From: Macrostomum hystrix
Taxonomy: Eukaryota > Animalia > Platyhelminthes
Direction: 5' to 3'
Length of the DNA stretch: 64,000 nucleotides
Assembly: GCA_950097015.1 (NCBI GenBank)
Contig: CATNEN010000005.1
Location: 1,984,001-2,048,000, forward strand
The notes beneath the pieces were generated by a model. It did not search any database. It was not told the origin of the DNA and was given only the letters and a program-made list of their open reading frames with translations. How positions within the stretch are numbered: the first letter of the stretch is position 1; each line of letters opens with the position of its first letter. The position numbers and the translations under genes were made by a program. This document shows, one piece after another, positions 12,001-23,735 of the stretch.

Positions 12001-15000
12001 ACGTAAATGACAATCCACCAGTGTTTTCTGTGCCCAGTCCGTACAGTGTGGGCCTTCTCATCAACTCGCCGGTTAATACGTTTGTGTTCACAGCGAATGT
12101 AAGTTTGCCTTATCAAAACTCGAACTCAACTTTATTTGAACTTTAGAAACTATACTCGCCAATCAACAGAATAAAATTGGACGCACTCAGGAAAGAAATA
12201 ACTTTCTAACCCACAGGCAACCGACAAAGATGTTACATCGGTTCTAGTCTACTCCCTGGCCAACTTGACAGATCAATTCTACATCAACTCGAACACGGCA
12301 GAGATTCGTACTCGGGCTACCTTTGTATCACCGGCAACTCCGCAGATTGGGATCCAAGTCACGGACGGAAAGTACAATAGATCTCTGGTCGTTGTTGTGA
12401 ACCTGCTCACTGATTCAAACAGCCTAATTTTAACAGCCGGAATTTCGCCCGACACATTCACTCGATACGAAGCACTGATTAAGACAAACTTATCGGCAAT
12501 TTTGGGAGTCGATTTTCGCTTAGCAAAAGTGACATCGGCTGTCTCCGGTAGCGGCGACTCGATCAAAGTAGATCCTGCCAAAACAGACGCCTACATATAT
12601 GCTTACAATCCTACAACTGGGGCATTGATCGGCCAGGACGAGCTAAGACGAATCATAGAGGCCAAGCGAGCCGAAATCGCAGCATTCTTTGCACTTTTTG
12701 GTGCCAGCAGCTACGACGGTGTGCGCTCTCCCGGGCTTGCCAGCGGAAACACCACAGCGACGGGCCTGACTGCAGCTGAAATCGCTCTCATTGTTCTGGC
12801 CTGTCTCATCATTATCGGTTGCATCGTCGCCGTCATTGTGGTTATGTGCTGGTTGTCCAAACGAAGCAAGCGTCGCTGGAAGGAGCCAGACATGAACACA
12901 CGGGAGACTGCAGCTGACGACAATTTTGACAGCCGCCGCAATGGCTCACTCTCTCAGGAGGAGCTGCAAATGCATGTTAAGCCGTCTAACACGACAGTCA
13001 ACGGTGACGCAACGTCGGCGCAAATGGCTCCGGCGCCGCTGGACGCTATGCACCTGGTGTCAAACCGATCCTACCATAGGAACCCAAATAGGCGCTATCC
13101 GCCTAGTCAGTTTGGATCCGCGTCAGCAGTCGCTGAGTCTATTCAACGCAGTGTTGCGTAAGTTGCTATAAGTATACGGATAAACGCTTATTTTTGTCGA
13201 TATCGAGCCCAAAATAATAAATGAAATATTTAGAATTTATATTTCTTTTTTTCAAATCAGATGCCCTTATTACGCAGAATGCACACCAACACAAACCGGC
13301 TATTGGAATTTTCGGAAAATGAACACTAAAAAATATATTTTTTTTCTTTAGCTAAAAAAATTTTTTCTTCTTTCAGGACTCACTTCCATTTCACAGAGTT
13401 CTACTTTGACGATAAGTAAATAGAAAATGAATATAAATGAAACTTTCACATAGTAGTACTAATACGAGCAATAAGCTATGATTGCTTTTGAAACAGCCTT
13501 AAGTTTCGTAGACTTGCTTCAATGTAGTTGTAATTCAGTATCTATTAGCTTGAATCTTCGCGGTTCGTCTTTAAAAACCCTTTCATTCGCTACACTATAT
13601 GTATATATATATTGCTGCAAATGGATCTAGATCTTGTTGCTTATAAACTTTGTAGACATTGTCTTATAATAATTTATACTATTTTATTTCTTTTATCCTG
13701 CCATAAATAAAATCAATTAGGAATTCGGACAATGTCTCTGGCATTACACTTTCACGGATAATGTTTGTGCCAGCCGCATATAATTCGCTAAGTGTCAGCA
13801 TTGGCCTGAACGCTGAAGAGGCCGATACGTGAGTAGCGCTATCGGTGGCACAATTCAGAAAAAAGCAGCTAACGCTGAAACTGAAACGAATTTGAACTAA
13901 TTCTAACCTCCCAGCTAAAATGCTATATATCTTTGCAGTTTCATTTTCAAATGAGTCGAAACTAACTTCCTAAAACCACTCCAAATGGAGAGTGTGGCAA
14001 GAGAAGCCACAAACAAAAACTGGGCGCGCTCCACCCATTGAAAACCACCCCAAATGGAGGGTGTGGCAGGCAAAGCCACAAAATAAAACTGGGCGCGCTC
14101 CACCACCCCATTGAAAACCAGCCCAAATGGAGAGTGTGACAGACAAAGCCACAAACTAAAACTGGGCGCGCTCGATCCACCACCCCATTGAAAACAACCC
14201 CAAATGGAGGGTGTGGCAGGCAAAGCCACAAACTAAAACTGGGCGCGCTCCACCACCCCATTGAAAACAACCCCAAATGGAGGGTGTGGCAGGCAAAGCC
14301 ACAAACTAAAACTGGGCGCGCTCTAACACCCCATTAATAACCACCCCCAAATAGAGGGTGTGGCAGGCGAAGCCCACAAACTATTAGCAAAAAAGTGGGC
14401 GCGCTAAACAACCCTATGCTAAAAATATAAAGCAAAGTTCAAACCTCTCCCAAAAACTTTCGGGCGTTACGTAAGTAAAAAATCCCAGAATTAGAGACCT
14501 TACTGACATAAAGTGATGTAAAATGATTGCACGAAAAAATTAGTATTTTAAGCTAATGAGTCATTCGAAACACTACTAAACAAACAATTTAGTGATAGCT
14601 AACACTTCAAAATCCAATAATGTGTGCAAATCTATTGCAAATACTTCTGTTTCTTTTTAGATAAAAGGTAAACTGATATTTCACTTGAAAAGTAATTAAA
14701 AGATGCAAAATCTAAAGTCGCGGTTCCTATTTATTCCTCATAAAATCTTAAGGTACATGCCGGAGACCGATATGATTATGATTGATCCATCAGAAGGAAT
14801 CGATATTGGATTCACGTAATTCATTGCTCAGAGCCCTAATTCAAACCAAAATATGAGTATCATTGAGTTGGCATGGAACACAGTTTTATTTTCAAGCATA
14901 ATTTGACCTGGTAATCGGAACATTGGAAGCTCGATTCGAATTTATTCACAAAAAATGCAACAAGCCCAAAATTGGTCGCTATTTTTCTTGCATGACAAAC

Positions 15001-17706
15001 TTTGCTCTCACAGCGTCGAAAGTGAAAAACTTGCCTCAATCCTAACCATGCTGCATGCTTTATTTCGCTTTGCTGTCTTAATTTGTTCTATAACATGTAC
15101 AGGATTATTTAGGAATCCATTTAATTAAAGAAAAAGCAGTAGAAAATTATTTACAAATTTCAGAGACGACGACGGAAATCCCATCATTGTCGTGAACAGC
15201 GCTGATGACGTCAACCACGAAGACGCCTGGCTGGCAGCTGCCACAAACCGGTTGGAACCGGTTTCAATTGCAGGCGCCGAGCAACCCGCAGAGCCTATGT
15301 AAGTTCATGTATGACACTGATAGTAGTATATTCTGAGCTTTAATAGTAAAATAATACAATTAACATAAAAATTCAATAGTTTTCATATTTTGGTATGACT
15401 GACTTTTGAAACTGTCTTGAGAAAAAAATGTTCTATTTTTTATGCTTATCACCCTGCATTAATTAATCACACGTACGAGTGTTATGAGAAATTAATTTAT
15501 GAAAAGGCTACTGAAAGGTTTCGTATGCTTGCCTTACAAATTCGATGACTGATATAAATATTCACATAAAATCAAAATCCGTGTTGTTTTTTTACCTCTG
15601 TACCAGTTTCGTATGTGATGAAATTCACTTTAGCTGTAACTATATCCTTTTTTCTCGTACTTTCAATTTCATTTTTCACTCAAAATGTTAATTAAAAATG
15701 CAGAGAAGATACTCCGAGTCACACAGAGAATGTGCGACCTCCGGATGATCAGGAATAGAGCATAGACCAGGTAAATTACATATATCTCTGGACGTACCAT
15801 AACAAATAATCTCCTGATTTTTGCAGTCGCGCTTTTATTTAAAACCAGACTAAACATCAGTGACAGTTTGCTTACTAATTTAGGCTTACTAAATAACTGC
15901 TTTGATCAAATGACAGGGGTTCCAAGTGTTTAATTGACTAAATGACAGGGGTTCCAAGTGTTGAATTTGCTAAATGACAGGGGTTCCAAGTGTTGAATTG
16001 GCTAAATGACAGGGGTTCCATGTGTTGAATTGGCTAAATGACAGGGGTTCCATGTGTTGAATTGGCTAAATGACAGGGGTTCCAAGTGTTGAATTGGCTA
16101 AATGACAGGGGTTCCAAGTCTTGAATTGACTAAATGACAGGGGTTCCATGTGTTGAATTGGCTAAATGACAGGGGTTCCATGTGTTGAATTGGCTAAATG
16201 ACAGGGGTTCCAGGTGTTGAATTTGCTAAATGACAGGGGTTCCATGTGTTGAATTGGCTAAATGACAGGGGTTCCAAGTGTTTAATTGACTAAATGACAG
16301 GGGTTCCAAGTGTTGAATTAGCTAAATGACAGGGGTTCCAAGTGTTTAATTGACTAAATGACAGGGGTTCCAAGTGTTGAATTAGCTAAATGACAGGGGT
16401 TCCAAGTGTTTAATTGACTAAATGACATGGGTTCCAAGTGTTGAATTGGCTAAATGACAGGGGTTCCAAGTGTTGAATTTGCTAAATGACAGGGGTTCCA
16501 AGTGTTGAATTGGCTTAGCTTAACTAGTTTGAATCAGCATAAATAAGTGGACTTTGGTTTAAAAGATGGTTCAGTTGATTCCAAAATGTGCGGGAACGCT
16601 ATCTTCTAGCGTTATTATACATACAGGGTTAGTATAGTATATTAGTATATCAGACTGACTCATTTAAGCCTTGTATAATGCAAAGGTTAAACTCACAAAT
16701 AGTGGCGGTTTTTCATATTTCTCTGTGCTGCTTACTTAAAATATTCACTTACTCACATAACCATAATCACATAATCAGTATGCCTGTCTGACTAAAAACT
16801 AAAATATGTAAAATAAACTAGCCCAACTCGGCGAGGCGGCATCAGACTGCCACCGATTGTGGCAGGAGCCGACGGAAGCAGCGAAACCAACAATCCACCC
16901 TCAACAGTCCGAGACCAGTTGTCCTTCGGCAGAGACCCAAAAGCACTTTGGGAGATGTCAGGTTGTGCATTGTAACGGTTATTTCGATTAGTGACGTCTT
17001 CTTGACATCAGAGTCCCCTATATCACTTCTATAGCGACTGTTCGAAGCACGTTTATTAATTCTTCTTAGATTTCCACTAAAACAATCACAGTGTTCAACA
17101 AACAGCTAGCAGTGCAACACATTACTTATTTAAATTTCCTCGTTGTCTTAACTATTAGCAATAACCTGCGCTTTAAAATTCGCTTTTCAACTAACAGTTT
17201 ATAAAACAGTTTTATTTCACGCATATGTTATCCTTCAAGGTCACACGGATTTCACAAAGCTAGAAAAACACGACTACTATATCTCAGTAGAATATTGTTA
17301 ATCTCATTGTTCTAGTCGTAACTTTTATTGCAGTATTAAAAATACAGAAAATAAATTTTACGCTGCACAAACTGCAGGGTAATTAATTCTGAGCGCAAAC
17401 CCTACTGTGCTACCTCTACTCCGCAGAAGTCCATATCTGACGCGGGCATTCGAATCCGACACTGACGCCTTTGGTTTTGAAACAATGGAACGAATGCGAC
17501 TACAGGAGGAGATTCAACGGATGAAACAGCAGCAGCATGTTGACAACAACCTGCCAAGCAGCAGCATTGACGAGATGCCATCTAGTACTCAGGCAGCCGA
17601 GTTCAAACTCAACTCTGAAGAAATCATCGACCTGGAAGAAAGCATGGGCAACAATGGCCGATTAATAGATCTTTATGCAGCCGACACGTTTAAAACCGCA
17701 TTGTGA
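1..17706 (+). CDS. Large cadherin-related protein, 3' part (5' end lies outside the window); multi-exon, about 2,850 aa in window, CDH23/PCDH15-like architecture
   Basis: Repeated cadherin motifs (DxNDNxPxF, LDRE, AxDxD/G). Hand-built exons, with AG acceptors, GT donors (one possible GC) and consistent phases: <1-334, 419-531, 618-836, 925-1023, 1117-1236, 4052-5410, 5488-5742, 5821-5961, 6043-6369, 6497-7031, 7115-7227, 7312-7530, 7628-7726, 7996-8115, 8208-9374, 9457-9708, 9815-9937, 10519-11047, 11218-12098, 12217-13157, (13377-13415), 15164-15298, 16822-16956, 17427-17706. TM helix IALIVLACLIIIGCIVAVIVVMCWL at ~12781-12855. The cytoplasmic exons are less certain. Confidence 0.93.
1434..3580 (-). 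mobile_element. Internally deleted, non-autonomous Ty3/gypsy LTR retrotransposon in cadherin intron 1237-4051
   Basis: TG...CA ends flanked by a 4-bp TSD ATTA (1430-1433 and 3581-3584). Short diverged LTRs (~1434-1538, ~3466-3580). PBS TGGTGGCAGCGGT (3464-3452). PPT AAGGGGGAAAG (~1553-1542). gag N-terminus MTKQESLLPQKFSG at 3445, zinc knuckle CFDCCEVGHIARRC (~2761-2720), protease LLDTGAQISL (~2520-2490), RNase H-connection remnant ERAFNELKNKLTTALALRLPDFSKQFVLSCDSS (~1790-1690). No RT core or integrase; frameshifted. Confidence 0.92.
4052..5410 (+). CDS. Cadherin exon (about 4 EC repeats)
   Basis: tttcag|TCA acceptor and TCG|gtgagt donor; LDRETY, DVNDNAPVF, LDYE, NVDDTPPKF motifs. Confidence 0.92.
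6497..7031 (+). CDS. Cadherin exon; second copy of the module whose first copy starts the window
   Basis: aag|GGC acceptor and G|gtaagg donor; DVNNHNP, LDRE, DINDSPPRF; 6698-7012 is nearly identical to 1-315. Confidence 0.9.
8208..9374 (+). CDS. Cadherin exon (about 3.5 EC repeats)
   Basis: ttcag|ATG acceptor and CAG|gtaaat donor; LDRETQ, DVNDNSPVF, LDREMK, LDREST, DINDFSPIF. Confidence 0.92.
10519..11047 (+). CDS. Cadherin exon
   Basis: ttccag|GTG acceptor; DVNDNKPVF, IDRE, DVNDNAPTL; 3' end uncertain (GC donor at 11048 or GT donor at 11072). Confidence 0.88.
11218..12098 (+). CDS. Cadherin exon including an RRRR motif
   Basis: ccacag|GG acceptor and AAT|gtaagt donor; LDRESV and DVNDNPPVF motifs. 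Confidence 0.9.
12217..13157 (+). CDS. Cadherin exon: last EC, membrane-adjacent domain, TM helix and start of cytoplasmic tail
   Basis: ccacag|GCA acceptor and GC|gtaagt donor; 25-aa hydrophobic helix followed by the basic stop-transfer stretch SKRSKRR. Confidence 0.9.
13970..14405. repeat. ~73-bp minisatellite, about 6 copies (intronic)
   Basis: CCAAATGGAG recurs at 13981, 14050, 14123, 14200, 14273 and (as CCAAATAGAG) ~14347. Confidence 0.92.
15908..16515. repeat. 32-bp minisatellite, about 19 copies (intronic)
   Basis: Unit AAATGACAGGGGTTCCAAGTGTTGAATTGGCT; e.g. starts at 16036 and 16068. Confidence 0.95.
17427..17706 (+). CDS. Probable terminal cadherin exon ending ...DTFKTAL*
   Basis: ccgcag| acceptor; phase 2 matches the upstream exons 15164-15298 and 16822-16956; open frame to TGA. 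Confidence 0.65.
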
Positions 17707-19110
17707 GACTTTTGCGTTGGGTTAGGTGTGATTTAGCACATTTTTATTGTAGGCGCATTCGTTTGAAAGTATTTAGTCTTGATAAATATCAACTGGCAAA
17801 AATGAGGGTTTTTAACTATAGCATTTATTTGTCAGACGGATCCCATTATAAAATAAAGCTTATTATTTTTATACTTAGTGCCTAAGCGTCAGTTATGGAC
17901 ACATTTTGAAGAGTAAAAATAAAGAATTGTCAAGTCGTCCGTATAGGTCCTCCTAATTTAACGATTCTTATAAAATGCTTGTTTTGGTCCGTGCGAATAT
18001 TCACCATATGTACTTCGTACGGTGAATTGTTTTTCCCGATAATATACTTTCATTTTTGCGTTCAGCTCGCTCTAATCAAGAAAATTTGAATTCGAGATTA
18101 ACCACTACGTAAATATAACCGTATATATGCTATTTCCTGCTTTATTGCTCATTCTAAGATTCACTTCACCTAAATGCCTAGTGTACTAAACTACAATCAA
18201 AGAAAACAGCTGTTTAGCCGCAGCTATTTCAGGAGCACCTTAAAGCTGTTAACCCATGTTCAGTCCATGGACCGGTATTGCTCGTCCCACCCGAATTTCT
18301 ATTCCAGTTTATGCAAAAAATTTCCGTTTTCCATTTCTCAACTGGGAGAACTTAAAAAATGGGGAAATTGTTATGCATGTCGAATTTTTTTGTATGCCTA
18401 GCGAATGACACACCCGCGTTGAGACGAGTAGATACTGTATTTCCTCTTTTCACATAGTATTATTCAGACTGACTTTCAAGTCAATTGTTTTCTTAGTTGA
18501 AGCGCAAATTTCTGGCCTTTCTTCGCAAACGAAGACCAGATTTTCATGGATATTTATATTTCTTGTTTGCAAAAGAAGAAAAAAGACTGACTCATTTGGA
18601 TCCTTTGTTAACTGTCAAATAACCATTACGAATTGTTAACCATTTTTTGACTGTTTGCCAAAAATTGCTTCAATGTTCTATATTAAACAACGTTGAGAGT
18701 GCCTTTGTAATCAATATTTATAAACGCATACACAATTAATCTGGTTTATTTCCTTTTTATGTCCCTTTCACTACATGTCGGCACCAAAGTTTTTGTTCTG
18801 ATTGTTTAAAACTATCTAAAGTTGTAAATACCTAGCTAATCTAGCGACCATAACAAATACAGTCCATGATTTTTATACTGGTCAGTGCACAATCTGAAAC
18901 TGCAGGTCTTTGCGACTTTTCTTACAGAATCGAACAAATTTATTCAGTTTCTGTCAGTTGAAAATAAATAACAATAGACCAGGTGGATGCAAAGAAAATT
19001 TAAAGCACTACTCTATGCCACGGATGAAGTTATAAATGAGTTGATGCGCAAGTGAATCTATAAAAACTTATTCACAGAAAACGAATGGTGCATCTTAAAA
19101 TTACTCAACC

Positions 19111-19833
19111 TCAGCTGGTGCAGCCGCAACACGATGAGGCCAGCGAGTTTTTGACGCGTTGTCGTCGAGAAAAAAGTTGACACCCACCAGACACCTGCGA
19201 CTGTGGTGGCAGAGGCGGCTGCGTCGGAGGCTGGGGTTGATAGCACGGGACTGGACTGTAGTACTCAAACTCAGACCGGTCCACGTACAGTAGCACCTCC
19301 TGCTCGCCGTTGCGATAGTAACGGGTGAGTATTTTGCGACGACGTTCAGTCAGCTCGAAGTGAATCCGGGTGCGAAATGCGCGATACGCGAGTATGACGC
19401 CATCCTCGAGGTGGAACCCCGCCACCAGTTCATATTTGGCTCCAGCCTTCGCGCCCAGCTTCTCCTGGAACTTTCTGCGCAGCCGTTGCGCTCGCGCCTC
19501 GTCCATGACGTCCGGCTCGCGAAAATCGCAGGCGGCTGCCATGGCCGCCAGGCGGCGACGACGACCGCGCCGCGAACCCGATGAAGCTGAGCCAGCTCGA
19601 CCTCTTCCGCCACCGCTGCCGCCTCCATTGCCGCCGCTTCCACCGATATCCGCGCCACCGCCACCGCCACCGCATGGATCAACGCCCACAATGCCAGCTG
19701 CTGCAGCGGTGAGAGCGTTGGCCGCCGCTGGCACGGTGGGTACGACTAGACCTGGAATGCGCTTCAGCTTGATGCTTGGCAGGTCAGCTTCGAGGAGAGC
19801 GCCTGGGATACCTGGCAGGTTAACAGGTGGCAT
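19111..19833 (-). CDS. Orphan 240-aa ORF: Gly-rich and Arg-rich linker followed by a GC-rich, globular-looking ~90-aa segment
   Basis: ATG-initiated ORF, GC-rich against AT-rich flanks; no family recognised. Confidence 0.4.
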   Translation of the reverse strand: MPPVNLPGIPGALLEADLPSIKLKRIPGLVVPTVPAAANALTAAAAGIVGVDPCGGGGGGADIGGSGGNGGGSGGGRGRAGSASSGSRRGRRRRLAAMAAACDFREPDVMDEARAQRLRRKFQEKLGAKAGAKYELVAGFHLEDGVILAYRAFRTRIHFELTERRRKILTRYYRNGEQEVLLYVDRSEFEYYSPVPCYQPQPPTQPPLPPQSQVSGGCQLFSRRQRVKNSLASSCCGCTS

Positions 19834-22800
19834 GTCATTTGTTGATCATAATTATCAATGAATTAGTAAAAAACTACAAAAATATAAAGGAGACAGAGAG
19901 CTGCGAGTGGAGAACCACCCTACCCTTGGGCGGACGAAGGCTGCCACCGCGACTGCCTCGCGATCCAAGCGGTTGAGCAGTCGGTGGCGGCATCTCCTTG
20001 AAAGGATGGTCTTCGCTAGCGATAGAATGAAGCCAACTGGAGCACTGCGTTCCTAGCTTAGTAGCTTCTTATACTCCAGTGTAATTGGGTGAGATTTACA
20101 TTCCGCATTTGACTTTGCAACCTCAAAAGAATGTTGACGAGTAGTTCACACAGCACTGCCTGCTACAGTCTGTGTACCGCGTTAGTCACATATGTGGCAA
20201 CTTATAGTGCAATGATTTATCTGACTCCGGCATCCAGGGTGGGGTGTAGTGTCTGGGATGGAAATCATGGGCACTACTAGTTTGCAGGCTTAGGCCGAAG
20301 GCAATTATATCAGGGATTTGCATGTCGCTATTCTTTAGCGGGAAATGGCGGAAGAAAAATTGTGATCGTAAGTGCTCAACAGAAGGACGACTGTGACATG
20401 TCTAAAATTCGGACTGCCAGAAGTCCAATATAGTATAAGCTGACGAGGAATAAATAGGCTAACGTTAGAAACTTTGTCTTCTGAACAATCGTTACAATAT
20501 TATAAGCATCGAGGAACTCCACAAAACCAATATACGAGACTATAGCTATTTTATTGATCCACAATCACAGAAATCAACATCGTCAAGGTATTCAACGATT
20601 CTCATCGGGATTGTCTGCTGGAAAAAAAAACAAATTTCTATAAAAGTTTTCTGATTAAAAAATTTCATCATGTAGTCATGTCAGCTATCATTGTTTTAAT
20701 AAATTCTCACGAGATAATACCATCGCGACTAGATTGGTAGAAAATTTTAACTGCAACTGGATCGGCATCGACCTAATATGTAGATCGATGATAAAGCCTA
20801 TACTTGCCCGGCCGCCATGAGACTCGAGGCTTGAGAGCGACATGCAGTGCAAAATCTTAAGAATGCGTTGCCGCGTTTGTTGCCTGATGGACAGCTGCCT
20901 GTGATTGTCAGAAGCAACATTTATCCCCCTCATCTTACATGGAAAGATCAGGAATCAGCTGATTGATGGAGATGTCGTCCAAATTATCAACAGACATGGT
21001 GCTTTGAATCTTGGCAAGCGTTGAGGAATTGGTTTTTCTCACACAAAAAACTTTCTTCCTCACTTCTAGATTTAATTGAATTTAGGTAACTAGCTAGGTC
21101 CCCTTAAGAAATGTACTACTTTGGAATTACGCAATATATATATATATTTCAACTGAAAAGTTTGCTTACTTCTGTCTTTCCGCGGCGGAGGCCTTGAAAC
21201 GAAGTCGAATTCACTGAGTACTCGATTAGAAGTCTTCTTGATGCGGCCGATGGGATGGGAGTCTCAGATAGACTCAAATACTCACTTGAAATTATATAAG
21301 TCCAACACTTGCAGCGGCTTACTGCCACGCGCGGTTATCTAAATATAACTACTTCCCGACGCGCGATTGTTCCCAGTGAAGAATTATTCGGCCTTCGGTC
21401 TCCGAAATTAATTCGCGAGGACCGGGTAACCTCCGAGTTCCTCCTCAGGTAGTTCCTCGAAACTCGGGATAACTTTCAAAATCCCCGCTAACTGTATAGA
21501 CAGGAGGGATGCTTCTATACAGCAGACACTTTATAGTAGAGCAGGCTCTACTAAGTGTGCCTACAATTAAAATAACTAACTCAACACAAAAGGGGGTCCT
21601 TATACTCGTATATTTTTGCCTGTAGGCCGGAACAGACGACTTACGTGAAGTCGAAGACTCTTCTTGTAGGACTGGTCGCTGGAGACGCCGGTCGGACCCG
21701 CTGATCTGGATCTGAATTTCCGTGACTCCAGCGCATGTGTATTTATAGTCTTTCAAAAGTTGTTACATTCTATGGTGCAATCGGATGGATCCATGCTGGT
21801 TCTGGTTGACCTACTGACAGTTTGAAATTTTCTACTAAAGAAGCGGAAGCTGGAGGGGTGCATGGCTACTTGACGGATTAACTAAAGGTGTGATATCATC
21901 ATTGAGTCATTATATTTCCGTCGTTCTATTTTCGGTTCTTACCGTTATGACATTGTTGCGCATGCTTGTATATAGCGTTGCTAAGATACCGTATCTATTG
22001 TCGTAAGCGTTTTACTATATTCGCATTGATGATGCTCCACTTCCTATTATTGAAGCGCGAGTAGTAGTGACGTATGTATATGAATTTGTAATAAAAAAAA
22101 ATCGCATGAATTTTACTTATATTGTTAGCATTGACTACTCTAGTGTGAAGCCAACGAGAAAAACAGCGACACTTGTTACGCTTGATGGTGTTTACAGCCT
22201 TTGTACTCTCATTAGAGCTTTCACTGCATCTAGCGCTTCGCGGTCACGAACAGCTCTCACTTCTTAAACAGAGTACAAAGGACTACTAAACAACACGATT
22301 GTTATAACAACAACCAGAGCGACGTTGGAGAGCTTCCGGACCTACCGGTCGATGAAGTGACACTTAATCTGGACGCCCCAAGACCACACTGGGGCAGATG
22401 AAGCGCCATGGTGAAGGCTTTGAGGATTTTTTAAGGGAACAAACGTTCGAGGACTGTGCAACCATGATGTCATGGAAGTTGAACGAATACTTGCGGTACT
22501 ACAATTTGTGTACTTGTGTATTTGTGTACCGTTCTTTGTGTACTTTGTTGGTTGTCTCTCTATTTGATTAATAAAATAGTCTATTAAGTGTGGCAGTGCA
22601 TAGTAGGATTTTTGACAGTGTCTATGGCCAAGAATGGTGGCAAAGGCAGAAAAAATAGCCGCGTTGAGCATGACATTGACCAACGATAAGAGCGGTCTTT
22701 AATGACTTGTTTCTATGGCGGAAACCCATATATTTCATGCATTTGAATCCGCTGGCGAGTCAACGATAAGAAAAAAAGCTAATTAAGCTAAAACTAATTT

Positions 22801-22879
22801 CAAACACAACAGCAAAAAGCACAAGTAACGAATGGTTTTTGTTGAGATCAAACAGTCCCATATACATTTTCCCTGTCTC

Positions 22880-23620
22880 TCATCGACCGTTGCAAATAAA
22901 TACCTGAAAGGTGCAATTGTTGAAATTTCCGCTTATTCCAGATGCCAATAGCTGCCCTGCGCGTCTCTCCAGACCGACTTTATCCGTGCTCACATTAGAT
23001 CCATCACTCGCCGATTAACCAGAATGTGCAATATCCAATGAAGGTAAAGTTGGCTCAGCGCTATTTTTCGATGAACTGGCACTAACATCGCTGATTACGT
23101 TAGACAGCCTTGCCATATCAGCATCACGCTTTGCGGTTTTGCGAATGTAGCGATGAGTAGCCTCAGTGGACTTGTGTCCAGTGATCTTTCCAATGTCAGC
23201 AATGGACACTCCCGCAGCATTCAGCTCAGTCACCAGGGTTGCACGAATGCAGTGACCGGTGTATCTCTTGCTTAGCTTCGCATTTGTCGATATGGACGCC
23301 ATCATATTGCCTAACGTGTTATGTCCAACTGGCTGATTAGCGAAGAACCAAGAGTTGTTGACACCTCGTACACGAGGCCGAACGAAGAAAACCTGGTTTT
23401 CAATTCCGGCAGCCCAAGTCTCTTGCTTCAAGGCAGAACGAGGGAAGTTGTCCAGTTCAATGCTGTCCAGTTGGCCTACGAGCGCATCGATTTGCGCTTC
23501 GTCCACAATTTGTAGGAGTGCATCCACATTAAACATCTCTAAATCGGGCAGATTTTCTTGCATCAATCGCTCCAATTCATTATCGCGATCCATTCTTGCT
23601 CGGATTTCACTCGTAGACAT
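22880..23620 (-). pseudogene. Truncated tyrosine recombinase, Crypton/DUF3504 type
   Basis: FFVRP..WF.NQPVGHNTLGNMMASIS..AKLSKRYTGHCIRATLVTEL..AGV....I.KITGHKS......Y retains the HxxR, H and Y catalytic positions. In-frame TAA at 23015-23017, after which the same frame continues for 44 aa to ...GNFNNCTFQVFICNGR* (22880). The central part with the first catalytic Arg is not visible. Confidence 0.82.
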
Positions 23621-23735
23621 ACCGACGATAGCACCTTGAGATAAATGAAGAAGGCCAACGAGGGGAGTACGACGTTTGCTTGCGGGAAGTTGCTTGCCGA
23701 AGTTTGCCTGACGAACTTTGCTTGCAGGAAATTTT

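Noticed and set aside
19370-19861. Plus-strand Pro/Arg-rich ORF overlapping the orphan gene
   Set aside because: Antisense shadow of the GC-rich Gly/Ala codons on the minus strand.
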